From an uncultured virus (IMG/VR IMGVR_UViG_3300042894_007211) (taxonomy: Duplodnaviria > Heunggongvirae > Uroviricota > Caudoviricetes): a DNA stretch of 58,080 nt. Of this stretch, positions 10,849-19,794 are shown piece after piece. Under the pieces are notes generated by a model. The model did not search any database, was not told where the DNA came from, and was given only the letters and a program-made list of their open reading frames with translations. Position 1 is the stretch's first letter, and each line of letters opens with the position of its first letter. Both the position numbers and the translations under genes were made by a program. Location: the IMG/VR virus record IMGVR_UViG_3300042894_007211, one strand, 5' to 3'.

Positions 10849-11264
10849 CTTATAAACCACATTTCTACCTTAGACTTAATATTATCCAATCGAGCACTTC
10901 CAGATGTAGAGATAATAGGTATACCTTCATATGATAAAGAACCCTGGTCTTTACGGTATAAAAAACCCTCTTCTTTTAAAAACTCAATAACAGGCTCCAT
11001 TACCGATTTAATATCATCCCAAGTATAAGAAGCCTTATAACCATCACCAATAGCATCCCCCCTTTTAATTGCCTTTTTAGATAAATTAATAACAATAATC
11101 TCGGGGTTTTCACTAATAGAAGCATCCATCTTCGTATAAGGAACTAATTCACACCTACTCTCAATATCTAAAAAGTCTAACTCCAATAACATATCCTTTA
11201 CAGTAGATAAGATATAATTAACATCTTCTGAACTCTCAAATAAACGAAATGATTTAATTCTCAT
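10845..11264 (-). CDS. CTS-like protein, paralog of 10426-10848
   Basis: MRIKSFRLFES; TAATATATA at 11270-11278. Confidence 0.75.
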   Translation of the reverse strand: MRIKSFRLFESSEDVNYILSTVKDMLLELDFLDIESRCELVPYTKMDASISENPEIIVINLSKKAIKRGDAIGDGYKASYTWDDIKSVMEPVIEFLKEEGFLYRKDQGSLSYEGIPIISTSGSARLDNIKSKVEMWFIR

Positions 11265-11280
11265 AAGATTATATATTAAA

Positions 11281-11499
11281 TTATAATCCCAATTCCTTTA
11301 ACTTAATCTCTCTAATCTCTTCTTTACTTAAAGCTACATCAAACCAAATCTCACCATTTAACTCCTGACGTTGCTTTAAATAACACCTCTTACATACCCT
11401 TACATTTAAAGTAATGTGATTTCCAGAACCCAATTTTCCAATATCAATCTTCTCAGTATAGAACTTCCAGTTATGTCTTATCTTACATAATATTTTCAT
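11281..11499 (-). CDS. Small C-tagged protein with Cys/His motif
   Basis: Likely start MKILCKIRH (ATGA overlap); ends IREIKLKELGL. Confidence 0.7.
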   Translation of the reverse strand: MKILCKIRHNWKFYTEKIDIGKLGSGNHITLNVRVCKRCYLKQRQELNGEIWFDVALSKEEIREIKLKELGL

Positions 11500-11783
11500 A
11501 GTATCAAATTTAATTTCATATCTCTTTCTATCTGAATAGTGATATCCCTCAAATAACCTTTGGTAATACATCCAGCAATTGACCATCTGGAACTTGCTGT
11601 CTTAGTCCAATCTAAAGTAAAGATAGCATCATACTCAGAATTATGAATGACTACTTTTGCTCCCGTTGAGTACATATTAATAGGGATAATATCTCCTATC
11701 TTAAACGGATGATGGTAATTGACATCAGTATCTATGTCTATACTTAAATTATCTTTGAGGACTTCTAAATAATAACGTGTCAT
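11496..11783 (-). CDS. Small C-tagged protein
   Basis: Ends IERDMKLNLIL. Confidence 0.7.
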   Translation of the reverse strand: MTRYYLEVLKDNLSIDIDTDVNYHHPFKIGDIIPINMYSTGAKVVIHNSEYDAIFTLDWTKTASSRWSIAGCITKGYLRDITIQIERDMKLNLIL

Positions 11784-11884
11784 TGGAGTATCTGATTTAT
11801 CTTAATATCTCTAAGTAGACAATTACTATGGAGTAACCACTGGGTAAAGTCTTCTTTGAAACAATTTTCGAGTTGATTTGTCAT
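11780..11884 (-). CDS. 34-aa C-tagged microprotein (not in ORF track)
   Basis: MTNQLENCFKEDFTQWLLHSNCLLRDIKINQILQ; ATGA-coupled to next gene. Confidence 0.6.
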   Translation of the reverse strand: MTNQLENCFKEDFTQWLLHSNCLLRDIKINQILQ

Positions 11885-11934
11885 GTATAGATTATATTTA
11901 GGTAGTGAAACAAAGTTTGGCGAGATTTTAATTA

Positions 11935-12192
11935 TACAGAAAAATGAACGGATTTCTGTATATTATAGTGTATTAGATTATACAGAAAAATGGTCAATTT
12001 TTTGTATCTAATATTTAGACTTTTGGGTCGGAAAGAGTGTGTAGAAATCCGGTTTTATTTCTGTAATCGGTTGGCAAAATGGTCGGATTTAATACAAAAA
12101 AATGTATGAAATTCTGTATAGGGTAAAAGTAAGATTACAGAAATCTGAACGGAACTTTGTATATCATACAGAAATATGGTTGTTTTTCTGTA
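11935..12192. repeat. Cluster of six 26-bp quasi-palindromes TACA(G/A)AAA..N6..TTT(C/T)TGTA
   Basis: Copies at 11935, 11981, 12040 (degenerate), 12093, 12136, 12167. Confidence 0.9.
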
Positions 12193-12331
12193 GAAATATG
12201 TGTTAGTTCTATGTCGATTTTAAAAATCTTATTTGAAACTCTTTTTTCGTATGTAAAAGTATATACGAGCAACTCATCGTTTAAACTCTCTCTCACTGAC
12301 AACTAATCGTCACATCTTTACTACAAATTTT

Positions 12332-12970
12332 ATGTCAGAATTAATCGAACCAAATCCACTTCTTATAGAGTATTATATCAAGGCTCAGCAGCTCACCGCC
12401 GAACTTTGCTTAGACGTTAGTGACCATAAATCTTTAGGTGAGTGGCATTATATTGAATCAAATATTGAGTATAATATTTTGTTATTACAGAGGCTTTCAG
12501 AGCTTGGCTTACTTCCGCTATCACCGATTAAGATATGTGATTGTGGTGTAGGTTTAGCAACTATTATGTATGATTTTTACTTACAGTCTAAAGAGTTCAA
12601 TTACAAGTTTGAGTTTTTCGGAGTTGAGAGGTATCAGCCTTATATAGATGCTTTTGAAGGGGAATTAAGAACTTACTGGAATAATGATTTGCAGATGATT
12701 TCAGACGATTTGATGGATCATAACTATAGTCGGTATAACTTTATATGGATATTCACTCCTTATAGTCAGAGTGACAAGTTAATGAAGTTTTTTGAAAAGG
12801 TTATATTGGAGATGCCACCCGGAGGTATTGTATTTGGATTAGACCATTATCGTATAATGACGTATGGTGGAGATGAGTTGAAGAAGGAGTTTATGAAATT
12901 AGAGGCTCATAAGGTGGATGAATTGTGGTGTTTCAAAAAGGTTCAAAGGGGCAGTGTCTACAACCACTGA
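12332..12970 (+). CDS. SAM-dependent methyltransferase-like protein
   Basis: ICDCGVGLA motif I, FGVE, IFTPY, MPPGG. Confidence 0.7.
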   Translation: MSELIEPNPLLIEYYIKAQQLTAELCLDVSDHKSLGEWHYIESNIEYNILLLQRLSELGLLPLSPIKICDCGVGLATIMYDFYLQSKEFNYKFEFFGVERYQPYIDAFEGELRTYWNNDLQMISDDLMDHNYSRYNFIWIFTPYSQSDKLMKFFEKVILEMPPGGIVFGLDHYRIMTYGGDELKKEFMKLEAHKVDELWCFKKVQRGSVYNH

Positions 12971-13040
12971 CGCAGCACTTGCCACGTTTAATATGATATC
13001 TTTCGGCAAGGACAATAGCCTCCTTTTCTAGTTTCTTCAT
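12933..13040 (-). CDS. DUF5522-like Cys-rich microprotein or remnant
   Basis: MKKLEKEAIVLAERYHIKRGKCCVSGCRHCPFEPF. Confidence 0.5.
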   Translation of the reverse strand: MKKLEKEAIVLAERYHIKRGKCCVSGCRHCPFEPF

Positions 13041-13158
13041 CTAAAACATAATCCCAATAATAGTGAGCTTTACCACAGTTTGAACAATCACCAACTTGAT
13101 AATCTTCACTTATGAAGAATTTATGATTACATTTCGGACATTCTAATTCGTGTTCCAT
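12988..13158 (-). CDS. 56-aa zinc-ribbon protein
   Basis: MEHELECPKC...CSNC. Confidence 0.55.
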   Translation of the reverse strand: MEHELECPKCNHKFFISEDYQVGDCSNCGKAHYYWDYVLDEETRKGGYCPCRKISY

Positions 13159-13181
13159 AATAACTGTTTATATTTGTGAAC

Positions 13182-13587
13182 GTTATAAGTAATAAAACAA
13201 AAATTATGAGTTTATATGATTTTGATACCAACTTTCAATAATCAACTCTTTTTCTCTTGTAGGTTTAACACCACCAGTTGACCAATCTGTCCACTCAAAA
13301 CTACCATCCTCGTTTTCAATTCTTCTAAATAAACACCAATATGGTTTACCATCTTTCGTAGACCAACCTTTCACTCGTATATCAAAATATGTTTTAACTT
13401 CAGTTTTTTCAAATTTAATTTCGACACCTTCAGGTAGTTTTGTTTTGTTAGATTTTGGTATTAAATAATAATCAACACCATCTAATGTAATCGTTCTTTT
13501 TTCCATAATTTTATTTTTTAATTTGTATAATTTTTGTTTTACATACTTATAACAAAGTGTAAAAAACATTAAAACGATTTTTTACAC
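13182..13587. mobile_element. Gene-cassette-like unit bounded by ~26-bp imperfect inverted repeats plus hairpin
   Basis: GTTATAAGTAATAAAACAAAAATTAT (13182) vs ATAATTTTTGTTTTACATACTTATAAC (ends 13553); GTGTAAAAAA..TTTTTTACAC hairpin follows. Confidence 0.5.
13204..13506 (-). CDS. Hypothetical protein (likely start MEKRTIT)
   Basis: ORF inside the inverted repeats. Confidence 0.65.
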   Translation of the reverse strand: MEKRTITLDGVDYYLIPKSNKTKLPEGVEIKFEKTEVKTYFDIRVKGWSTKDGKPYWCLFRRIENEDGSFEWTDWSTGGVKPTREKELIIESWYQNHINS

Positions 13588-13613
13588 TCATTCCCATTCG
13601 ACCTTCCTTTAGA

Positions 13614-13680
13614 TACAGAAAAACGTGCAGAATTTTGTATATTAATTTAATAAATACAAAAAAATGAACGGATTTCTGTA
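13614..13680. repeat. Two 26-bp quasi-palindromes
   Basis: TACAGAAAAACGTGCAGAATTTTGTA and TACAAAAAAATGAACGGATTTCTGTA. Confidence 0.9.
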
Positions 13681-13801
13681 GTAGTTAAACTTCTAATAAT
13701 TCATTTGATAATCTCAAATACATCTAATAGAGTAATTTCATTATAATATTTTTTTGTAAAGATAAGGAACTTTATTATAATGGTCAAATTATATATAAGT
13801 T

Positions 13802-14146
13802 ATGGATGTAGAAAAAGATTACATTTTTGTTTATGGTTTATTCAGGGACCAATCGAGGCCGCTGCTTGGAAAAGCTACATACTGTGGTAAATCGTTTATT
13901 TCAGGTAAGTTATATAAAGTAGATGAATTTTATCCTGGTTTAGTTCAGGGTAGTGTTGGAAAGGTGTGGGGAGATGTTTATCTTTTTGATACTAGTTTAC
14001 TCGAAGAGATGGATATCTATGAAGGAAGTGAATATAAGAGGGTTCGTGTTAGGACTGCTTCAGATATAGAGTGTTGGGTTTATGAGTATTGTCAGGATGT
14101 GTCTGGTTTTGTTGAGATAAAGTCAGGAGATTGGCATTTAAGGTAA
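13802..14146 (+). CDS. Gamma-glutamylcyclotransferase (AIG2-like)
   Basis: FVYG..., YPGL, VWGDVY, DIYEG, YKRV. Confidence 0.85.
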   Translation: MDVEKDYIFVYGLFRDQSRPLLGKATYCGKSFISGKLYKVDEFYPGLVQGSVGKVWGDVYLFDTSLLEEMDIYEGSEYKRVRVRTASDIECWVYEYCQDVSGFVEIKSGDWHLR

Positions 14147-14204
14147 ACCTTTGGGGTAGGTTGGAGTATACTCGCTCCCACCTGTTGTTGATGTTAGTAA
14201 CTTT

Positions 14205-14245
14205 ATTCTTACTACAAAGATATGGATTATTTTTAAATTGACAAA
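14205..14245 (-). promoter_or_regulatory. Full Bacteroidetes-type promoter (TTTG-19 nt-TATCTTTG) with no downstream ORF
   Basis: Closely matches the promoter at 17471-17511. Confidence 0.65.
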
Positions 14246-14264
14246 AAAAGTGCAGATTTTTGTA
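14239..14264. repeat. 26-bp quasi-palindrome
   Basis: TGACAAAAAAAGTGCAGATTTTTGTA. Confidence 0.75.
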
Positions 14265-14272
14265 TAAAAGTT

Positions 14273-14728
14273 ATGAAGATATTTTGTTATGGTTCTAATA
14301 TGAGTTCTGAAAGAATAACTGAGAGGTGTTCTTCTTCGCGTTTTATAGCAATAGCTAGTGTTAGGGGTTGGAAGTTACTATTTAATAAAAAGAGTAAAGA
14401 TGGTTCTGGTAAGGCTAATTTAGTTTGTACAGGTGATGGAAGTTTAGTATGGGGTGTTATATTTGATATATCAGAGGATCAGAAGCCGATATTGGATAAG
14501 TTTGAGGGTTTGGGTAAGGGATATGATGAATTGAAATTGCTAGTTATAAGTGATTTAGGTGAAGAGGTTGAGTGTATTAGTTATATAGCAACTGATGATA
14601 AGTATTTAGAAAAGAGTTTAAAGCCACATGAGTGGTATAAGGAGTGGTGTTTGGTGGGTGCTAGGGAGCATAATATACCTGGAGATTATATTTTAATGAT
14701 AGAGGGTGTGGGTGTTACAGAAAAATGA
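14273..14728 (+). CDS. Gamma-glutamylcyclotransferase family protein
   Basis: FCYGSNM, VWGV, LDKFEG motifs. Confidence 0.85.
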   Translation: MKIFCYGSNMSSERITERCSSSRFIAIASVRGWKLLFNKKSKDGSGKANLVCTGDGSLVWGVIFDISEDQKPILDKFEGLGKGYDELKLLVISDLGEEVECISYIATDDKYLEKSLKPHEWYKEWCLVGAREHNIPGDYILMIEGVGVTEK

Positions 14729-14782
14729 GCGAATTTCTGTACTATATAAAATAGGTTACAAAAATCTGCACGTTTTTTTGTA
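14716..14782. repeat. Two 26-bp quasi-palindromes
   Basis: Copies at 14716 and 14757. Confidence 0.9.
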
Positions 14783-14923
14783 TATATTTTGATTAATAGT
14801 CGAAACTATCATCTGGATATCTGACCTCATCTTCTATAAAGAATTCACCTTCATCATCTAAATCATCATCGCACATAGTCCGGTCGATTGGTTCTATTAC
14901 TTCAAATAGGTGGTTTTTTTTCA

Positions 14924-15448
14924 TTACTTTTTTAGGTGTCCCAGTTTTTTATAGAGGCAGATAATTTCTTCGATTGTTAGGTTATTCTTTTTACCGTTGA
15001 TATCGGATGTACAAGCAACTACGTTTCCTACAACATATCCCTTTTCGTTATCTAACCTATCAAAGGTTCTTTGATGAGGCCCATCTTCGGTGAATTGGTG
15101 ATTGGTATAGTAGCAAGTTTTATATTCAAGTAGTTTCTTAACATATTCGAATGTTAGGTTAAACTCAAGGTTTCTACTTTGTGCTGATGAATGTATATTG
15201 ACTAATTTTCTGGCTACTTCTAAGTCTGATATTGTCTTAGTTTCTTTTTTAGGTTCTTCTCCATTTTTACTTGACAAATCAGTTACGGTATCAAATATAT
15301 CTTTTGAAATTTTAAAATCTGGTAGGAGTTCTTGTTCAGGTTCTTTCTTAGCTTTTAGCTTTTTAATTGGTGTTGTTTCAATTGGTGTTGTTTCAATTGG
15401 TGTTTCTTCTCCGTTGGTATCTGTAATTTGAGTTTTTTTTCTTGTCAT
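14924..15448 (-). CDS. HNH-like domain protein
   Basis: CYYT...DRLDNEKGYVVGNVVAC...N; low-complexity N-terminus with ETTPI repeats. Confidence 0.6.
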   Translation of the reverse strand: MTRKKTQITDTNGEETPIETTPIETTPIKKLKAKKEPEQELLPDFKISKDIFDTVTDLSSKNGEEPKKETKTISDLEVARKLVNIHSSAQSRNLEFNLTFEYVKKLLEYKTCYYTNHQFTEDGPHQRTFDRLDNEKGYVVGNVVACTSDINGKKNNLTIEEIICLYKKLGHLKK

Positions 15449-15497
15449 TTAAAAGTTTTCTTTTATATATCTGGTTAATTTTTCTCCAGTCAAAAGT

Positions 15498-15716
15498 TTA
15501 ACGCAGCACATATTGGTGAATAGTAATAACTGGCTTTTGATTAAAGTAAGCTTTTTCACCTTCAATAGTTATTGATATCATACCTAAGTCTTCTTTTAGG
15601 CGATTTGCTTGTGTGTTAAGTTCTTTGATGGCGGATTCGTGTGTTTTAAAAAAACCAAAGTAGCTATCACAACCACCGGTTTTATCACAAACACCCCAAA
15701 CGAATTCTCTTTGCAT
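15498..15716 (-). CDS. Hypothetical protein
   Basis: 72-aa ORF in operon. Confidence 0.65.
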   Translation of the reverse strand: MQREFVWGVCDKTGGCDSYFGFFKTHESAIKELNTQANRLKEDLGMISITIEGEKAYFNQKPVITIHQYVLR

Positions 15717-15718
15717 AG

Positions 15719-15985
15719 TTAAAATATTCTTACTGACCAGATACCGCTCTTAATTTTGAGTGTATCATTTTTTTTATAGATTACGGGGTGGTCAAGTTCA
15801 AAACGAGACCTTCCAATACAATTAGCGAGGGTTTGACATCTGGCTTTAATATCAGCTTTCAGTTCTTGTGGAACATCATCTAAGATATAGATATTGAACC
15901 TCATCTTAGATTTAAGATCGAGTTTTGCCTGATAGATTTCGACTATCTCGCTAAATGTATCTTCGAGTAATTCTTGGGGTATCAT
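15719..15985 (-). CDS. Hypothetical protein
   Basis: 88-aa ORF in operon. Confidence 0.65.
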   Translation of the reverse strand: MIPQELLEDTFSEIVEIYQAKLDLKSKMRFNIYILDDVPQELKADIKARCQTLANCIGRSRFELDHPVIYKKNDTLKIKSGIWSVRIF

Positions 15986-16168
15986 TAGATGATATCTTTA
16001 CTAAGAATTAGAGGTGAACCATCTTTATGGTCATAAACAAAGAAACAATGGTCAGTTTCTTTAATGATGAGGTTTTTCTTTTCTAAAGTACGGTACTTTT
16101 GGTAAACATACGCCTCTACTTTTTGCTGCACATCAAGTGCTACTAATTTTGCTTTCATATTTTATTTA

Positions 16169-16606
16169 TTAAAGTTGATTTAAACGGGCTTCTAAACTAT
16201 CTAGTGAGTGGGTTACTTTTGATTCGGCATTTTTACGGAACTTTGCTCTACGTTTAGCAACTTCACGTGTAAAGATATTAGCACAATACTGTTCTACGTG
16301 TGAGCTTAAACGGATATCATAACCTACAACGGTATTAATTACCCTTAAGTTACCACTTTCTAGAAACAGATAAATAGTGCCATTGGGTGAATCCCACTGG
16401 GCGTAAGCTTCGTGTGTTTGTGGGTTATACATAAGGTCAGATTCTTTTTGATGGACAACTTTTTGCCAGATACGAGCCGCTTGTGATTCGGTTTCTGTCA
16501 TTTTAGGTTTTGATATACGTTGGTCGCGGCGGCTTGAGCCTAAGTTAAACCACATAATTATTAATCGTCTTTTTAAATGTGTCAATTTACCTTTAAAATC
16601 TCTCAT
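16169..16606 (-). CDS. Hypothetical protein
   Basis: 145 aa; TATATTTG upstream. Confidence 0.7.
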   Translation of the reverse strand: MRDFKGKLTHLKRRLIIMWFNLGSSRRDQRISKPKMTETESQAARIWQKVVHQKESDLMYNPQTHEAYAQWDSPNGTIYLFLESGNLRVINTVVGYDIRLSSHVEQYCANIFTREVAKRRAKFRKNAESKVTHSLDSLEARLNQL

Positions 16607-16771
16607 AGTTATTGTTTGTTATTTACAAATATAGTCATAATTTTTAATTTATTGAATAAATTGTAAAAAAAATTATCTTTTTGTTATTATAATAGTTGAA
16701 TTCAAAGAGTTAATCGATATCATATCTAATAAAAAAACCTACTCCATTAGTGAGTTATATCTTATATTAGA

Positions 16772-17458
16772 TTAAGAGTTTAACATATACTCGGCCATTT
16801 GTTTCCAACCATCTGGATTACACTGTCTAATTTTTGAAATCATAATAAGTGTACGCATATTAACATTTGGATGGTCTTTATTTTCATCTAAGAATGTTAA
16901 GGCATCTGCCTTAATATCTAAAGTAACCTCTGGTAAGATAAAGCCAATGATTGAAGACATACGCTGGATTTTCTCAGTTCCGGTCATTGTAAGGTCTACA
17001 GTAAGTGAACGGGACAGGATCGCACTATCAATTGATTCTTTCTTTTTGTTAGAGATAAAGATAATACGTCCGGTAAAATCAAACTGTTGTGGATAATCAT
17101 CTGATTTATTCATTTTAGTCATCCAGGTGATAGTTCGTTTATCATAACTATCAAGAGCTGATTTAAGGATATTTATGGCTACTTTATCTTCTAGTACCGA
17201 ATCACAGTCGTCGAAAATGATAAGTTTACCGTTGTTATCATAAAGGGTATTGTAAAGACCACGAGCAGTTGAATAGCCTTTAAAGAAGACGAATTCAAAG
17301 CCAAATAAGCCTTTTTTATCGATTGCTTCGGTAACAGCATGTGTTTTACCAAGACCTCCTTCGCCGGTTACAATAAGTGATGGTGTGATGCCATCAATAA
17401 CCATAGAGGCGAGGTTATTAAGGATTTCGAAACGTTTGTTGATATTTAAAGTTGACAT
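16772..17458 (-). CDS. AAA+ P-loop ATPase
   Basis: Walker A GEGGLGKT, Walker B LIIFDD, sensor FISN, SR finger. Confidence 0.85.
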   Translation of the reverse strand: MSTLNINKRFEILNNLASMVIDGITPSLIVTGEGGLGKTHAVTEAIDKKGLFGFEFVFFKGYSTARGLYNTLYDNNGKLIIFDDCDSVLEDKVAINILKSALDSYDKRTITWMTKMNKSDDYPQQFDFTGRIIFISNKKKESIDSAILSRSLTVDLTMTGTEKIQRMSSIIGFILPEVTLDIKADALTFLDENKDHPNVNMRTLIMISKIRQCNPDGWKQMAEYMLNS

Positions 17459-17470
17459 ATTGTAGTGATT

Positions 17471-17511
17471 TTTCTTACTACAAAGATAAGGAAATCTTTA
17501 TAATTGACAAA
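17471..17511 (-). promoter_or_regulatory. Bacteroidetes-type promoter TTTG-19 nt-TATCTTTG
   Basis: Upstream of the ATPase gene. Confidence 0.7.
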
Positions 17512-17530
17512 GTTATATCAAAAAAATAAG

Positions 17531-17749
17531 TTATAAATTCAGTAAATCAATCACTACTGGATTGTAATCAATCTCACTTAGTGTTGTTATCCAAGTTGTG
17601 AATTCTTGATTTTGACATTGATTAACTTCTTCATTTGAAATAATCCAATTTCCATCAGCGTCTTGAATAGGATTAAAAAATTGAGCTCCGTCATATGTCT
17701 GACCTGAAATCAGGTCTTTTTGAATTTCTGTTAATTGTCTTACTTTCAT
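17531..17749 (-). CDS. Small protein downstream of fibre-like gene
   Basis: 72 aa, co-transcribed. Confidence 0.7.
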   Translation of the reverse strand: MKVRQLTEIQKDLISGQTYDGAQFFNPIQDADGNWIISNEEVNQCQNQEFTTWITTLSEIDYNPVVIDLLNL

Positions 17750-17759
17750 AACTATTTTT

Positions 17760-19709
17760 TTATACTTGTCTACCTAAAGTTGTTTGGAAAGTCTGTACCG
17801 CAGTGTAAAAGTTAGCTGCTTCTGTGTCATTTAATCCATCTCCTATTGATGCTAAAGCACACTCCCTTACTGAATATTGATTACCTCCACCAATATTTCT
17901 GGCTCCTAAATATAAAGCAGCATTTGCAGATATAGTAATTGTAGTTGTATTTGTGCTTCCTAATTGACTTCCGTTTCTATATAACTTTTGAACATTATTT
18001 GCAGTCCTTGTATTTATAAATAATGAAGTTGTTGGGTCAGTAGCAAAATTTAAAAAAGTGTTTCCGTTCCATTGTGCACTACGTTCTAAAGTTAAATAAG
18101 CACTACCAGAACCTCCTCCCATATTGGCTGAATCAGTTAAATTTTGAGTTCTTGAATAGTAAGAAATATGATTACTATTAAAAGATGCTAAAACTGTACT
18201 TGGATTTAATTTAGTATCAGCAAAAGCATTAGTTCCGTTTGGTAATGCTCCCGTACTTGAGTGAGTCCAACCACCATTAAATACCAATCTATAAGCTGCA
18301 TCTAAATCTCTTGGATCTTTCAAGTTAAATTTATGTGAAGTAGCACTACCACCAACAAAAGGATATAAAGCCTTCATCTTAGTCCATATTCCATATCCTT
18401 TAAGGTCAGTAACTAATGTATTGACAGCACTCATTTGTGTAGCATCAGTAATGCCTGCTGCTGATACGAATGCTGCAGCATCTGAATCTGTTGGATATAT
18501 TGAGTAGTAGGTGTTAATGTTAGATTCAATTCCTGTTCTATTTGTATTCTGATTAGATGTATAAAAAATAACCTCAGAAAATTTATTATTTGAATATCTA
18601 TTTGCTGATAACTGCATACCTATATCAAAACCTATATGGTCTGATTGTATTGTTCCTGCGGATGCTACACTTGCTTCTTCTACAGAGTTATTAAACACTT
18701 TCCAAGGTGAACTACCCGGAAACATAACACTCATCAAATACATTGTATTATTTGAATATGAATTTGTTGATGTAAAATACCAACTAAAGTTAGGATAGAA
18801 AGGTAATGCAGCACCTGTATTTGATGGATTAACATAATGCAATGCTCCTACATTTGCACCGCTAGTAGTGTTTATTCCAATCTCAGGCTTATATCCATCA
18901 TTTGTGCCGTTCCCTATTTTTGAAAAAGAATAGAAAGTACATAGTGTAGTTCCATTTGCCACACTTAATGAATTTCTTAATGAGTCATTTGTTCCATCAG
19001 TAAGTAATGCTGGTTTAGAATTCTGTGTAATAACAGAACCACTAGACACTATTTGTGGCTGATTTGCAGCAGTGGTTTGAGTAGCATTTTTGCTATTACC
19101 ACTTTGGTCGTACCAAGTAGTTACAAATCCATTATTTCCTGAACCTACAAAAGTAGTCAGTGCAGATTCGTCTAATACATTGCTTCCGTCATATCCTATG
19201 TCTTGCTCAGTATTATCACTTGAACGTCTTACTCTAATTAGTGCCCCAGTGTATGTAGATGATAATCTACGAGCAGCAGAGTAAGCTGCCGCTGCACCTG
19301 TATAAGTGTCAAGCAGTCCTGTGAATGCTGGTACACTTGATACCCAAGAAGTCCAATAACCATTCGTGTTTAACCAAGTCTTTGCTGCAGATGCTGAAGC
19401 CAGTGAAGAGCTACCAGAAATTGTTTTAGCTAAGTTAAGAAAAGATTCATCTGTTTTAGCTGATGATCCAATAAATCCTAAATTACATGGGTAGTTTGTT
19501 GCCAAAACTCTTTCCGGACCATTACTTCTTTCTGAGTTGAGTGAAGAATAAGCTACAATATATCTAACATCTTCATCTGGTCCATTCCACCATTGTTTAG
19601 TAGGGTCAATTGAAACATCACCAGTTGCTGCTGCAATACTTCCAACTTGTTCAGTTCCGGATATTGTAGCTCCAGTAGGATTATAACAGAATATTCTATG
19701 AGTAGCCAT
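17760..19709 (-). CDS. Virion fibre or decoration-like protein with lectin/LamG-like domains
   Basis: S/T/G/N-rich; IRVRRSSDN..EQDIG, WYDQSGN, ALYPFVGG; TAATATATA at 19715-19723. Confidence 0.65.
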   Translation of the reverse strand: MATHRIFCYNPTGATISGTEQVGSIAAATGDVSIDPTKQWWNGPDEDVRYIVAYSSLNSERSNGPERVLATNYPCNLGFIGSSAKTDESFLNLAKTISGSSSLASASAAKTWLNTNGYWTSWVSSVPAFTGLLDTYTGAAAAYSAARRLSSTYTGALIRVRRSSDNTEQDIGYDGSNVLDESALTTFVGSGNNGFVTTWYDQSGNSKNATQTTAANQPQIVSSGSVITQNSKPALLTDGTNDSLRNSLSVANGTTLCTFYSFSKIGNGTNDGYKPEIGINTTSGANVGALHYVNPSNTGAALPFYPNFSWYFTSTNSYSNNTMYLMSVMFPGSSPWKVFNNSVEEASVASAGTIQSDHIGFDIGMQLSANRYSNNKFSEVIFYTSNQNTNRTGIESNINTYYSIYPTDSDAAAFVSAAGITDATQMSAVNTLVTDLKGYGIWTKMKALYPFVGGSATSHKFNLKDPRDLDAAYRLVFNGGWTHSSTGALPNGTNAFADTKLNPSTVLASFNSNHISYYSRTQNLTDSANMGGGSGSAYLTLERSAQWNGNTFLNFATDPTTSLFINTRTANNVQKLYRNGSQLGSTNTTTITISANAALYLGARNIGGGNQYSVRECALASIGDGLNDTEAANFYTAVQTFQTTLGRQV

Positions 19710-19794
19710 TGGAGTATATATTAATAAAAAAACTCATCTTTTAAGGTTGAGTTTTTTTATTGACATCTGGGCAAAAATTTCTTAGTTATAAATA

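Noticed and set aside
11935..12192. CRISPR array
   Set aside because: Spacers are irregular (5-33 bp), repeats vary centrally, copies recur singly up to 14.8 kb and no cas genes are present.
9905..14728. Diversity-generating retroelement as cause of G-rich codons
   Set aside because: No reverse transcriptase or TR/VR pair seen; strand skew explains it more simply.
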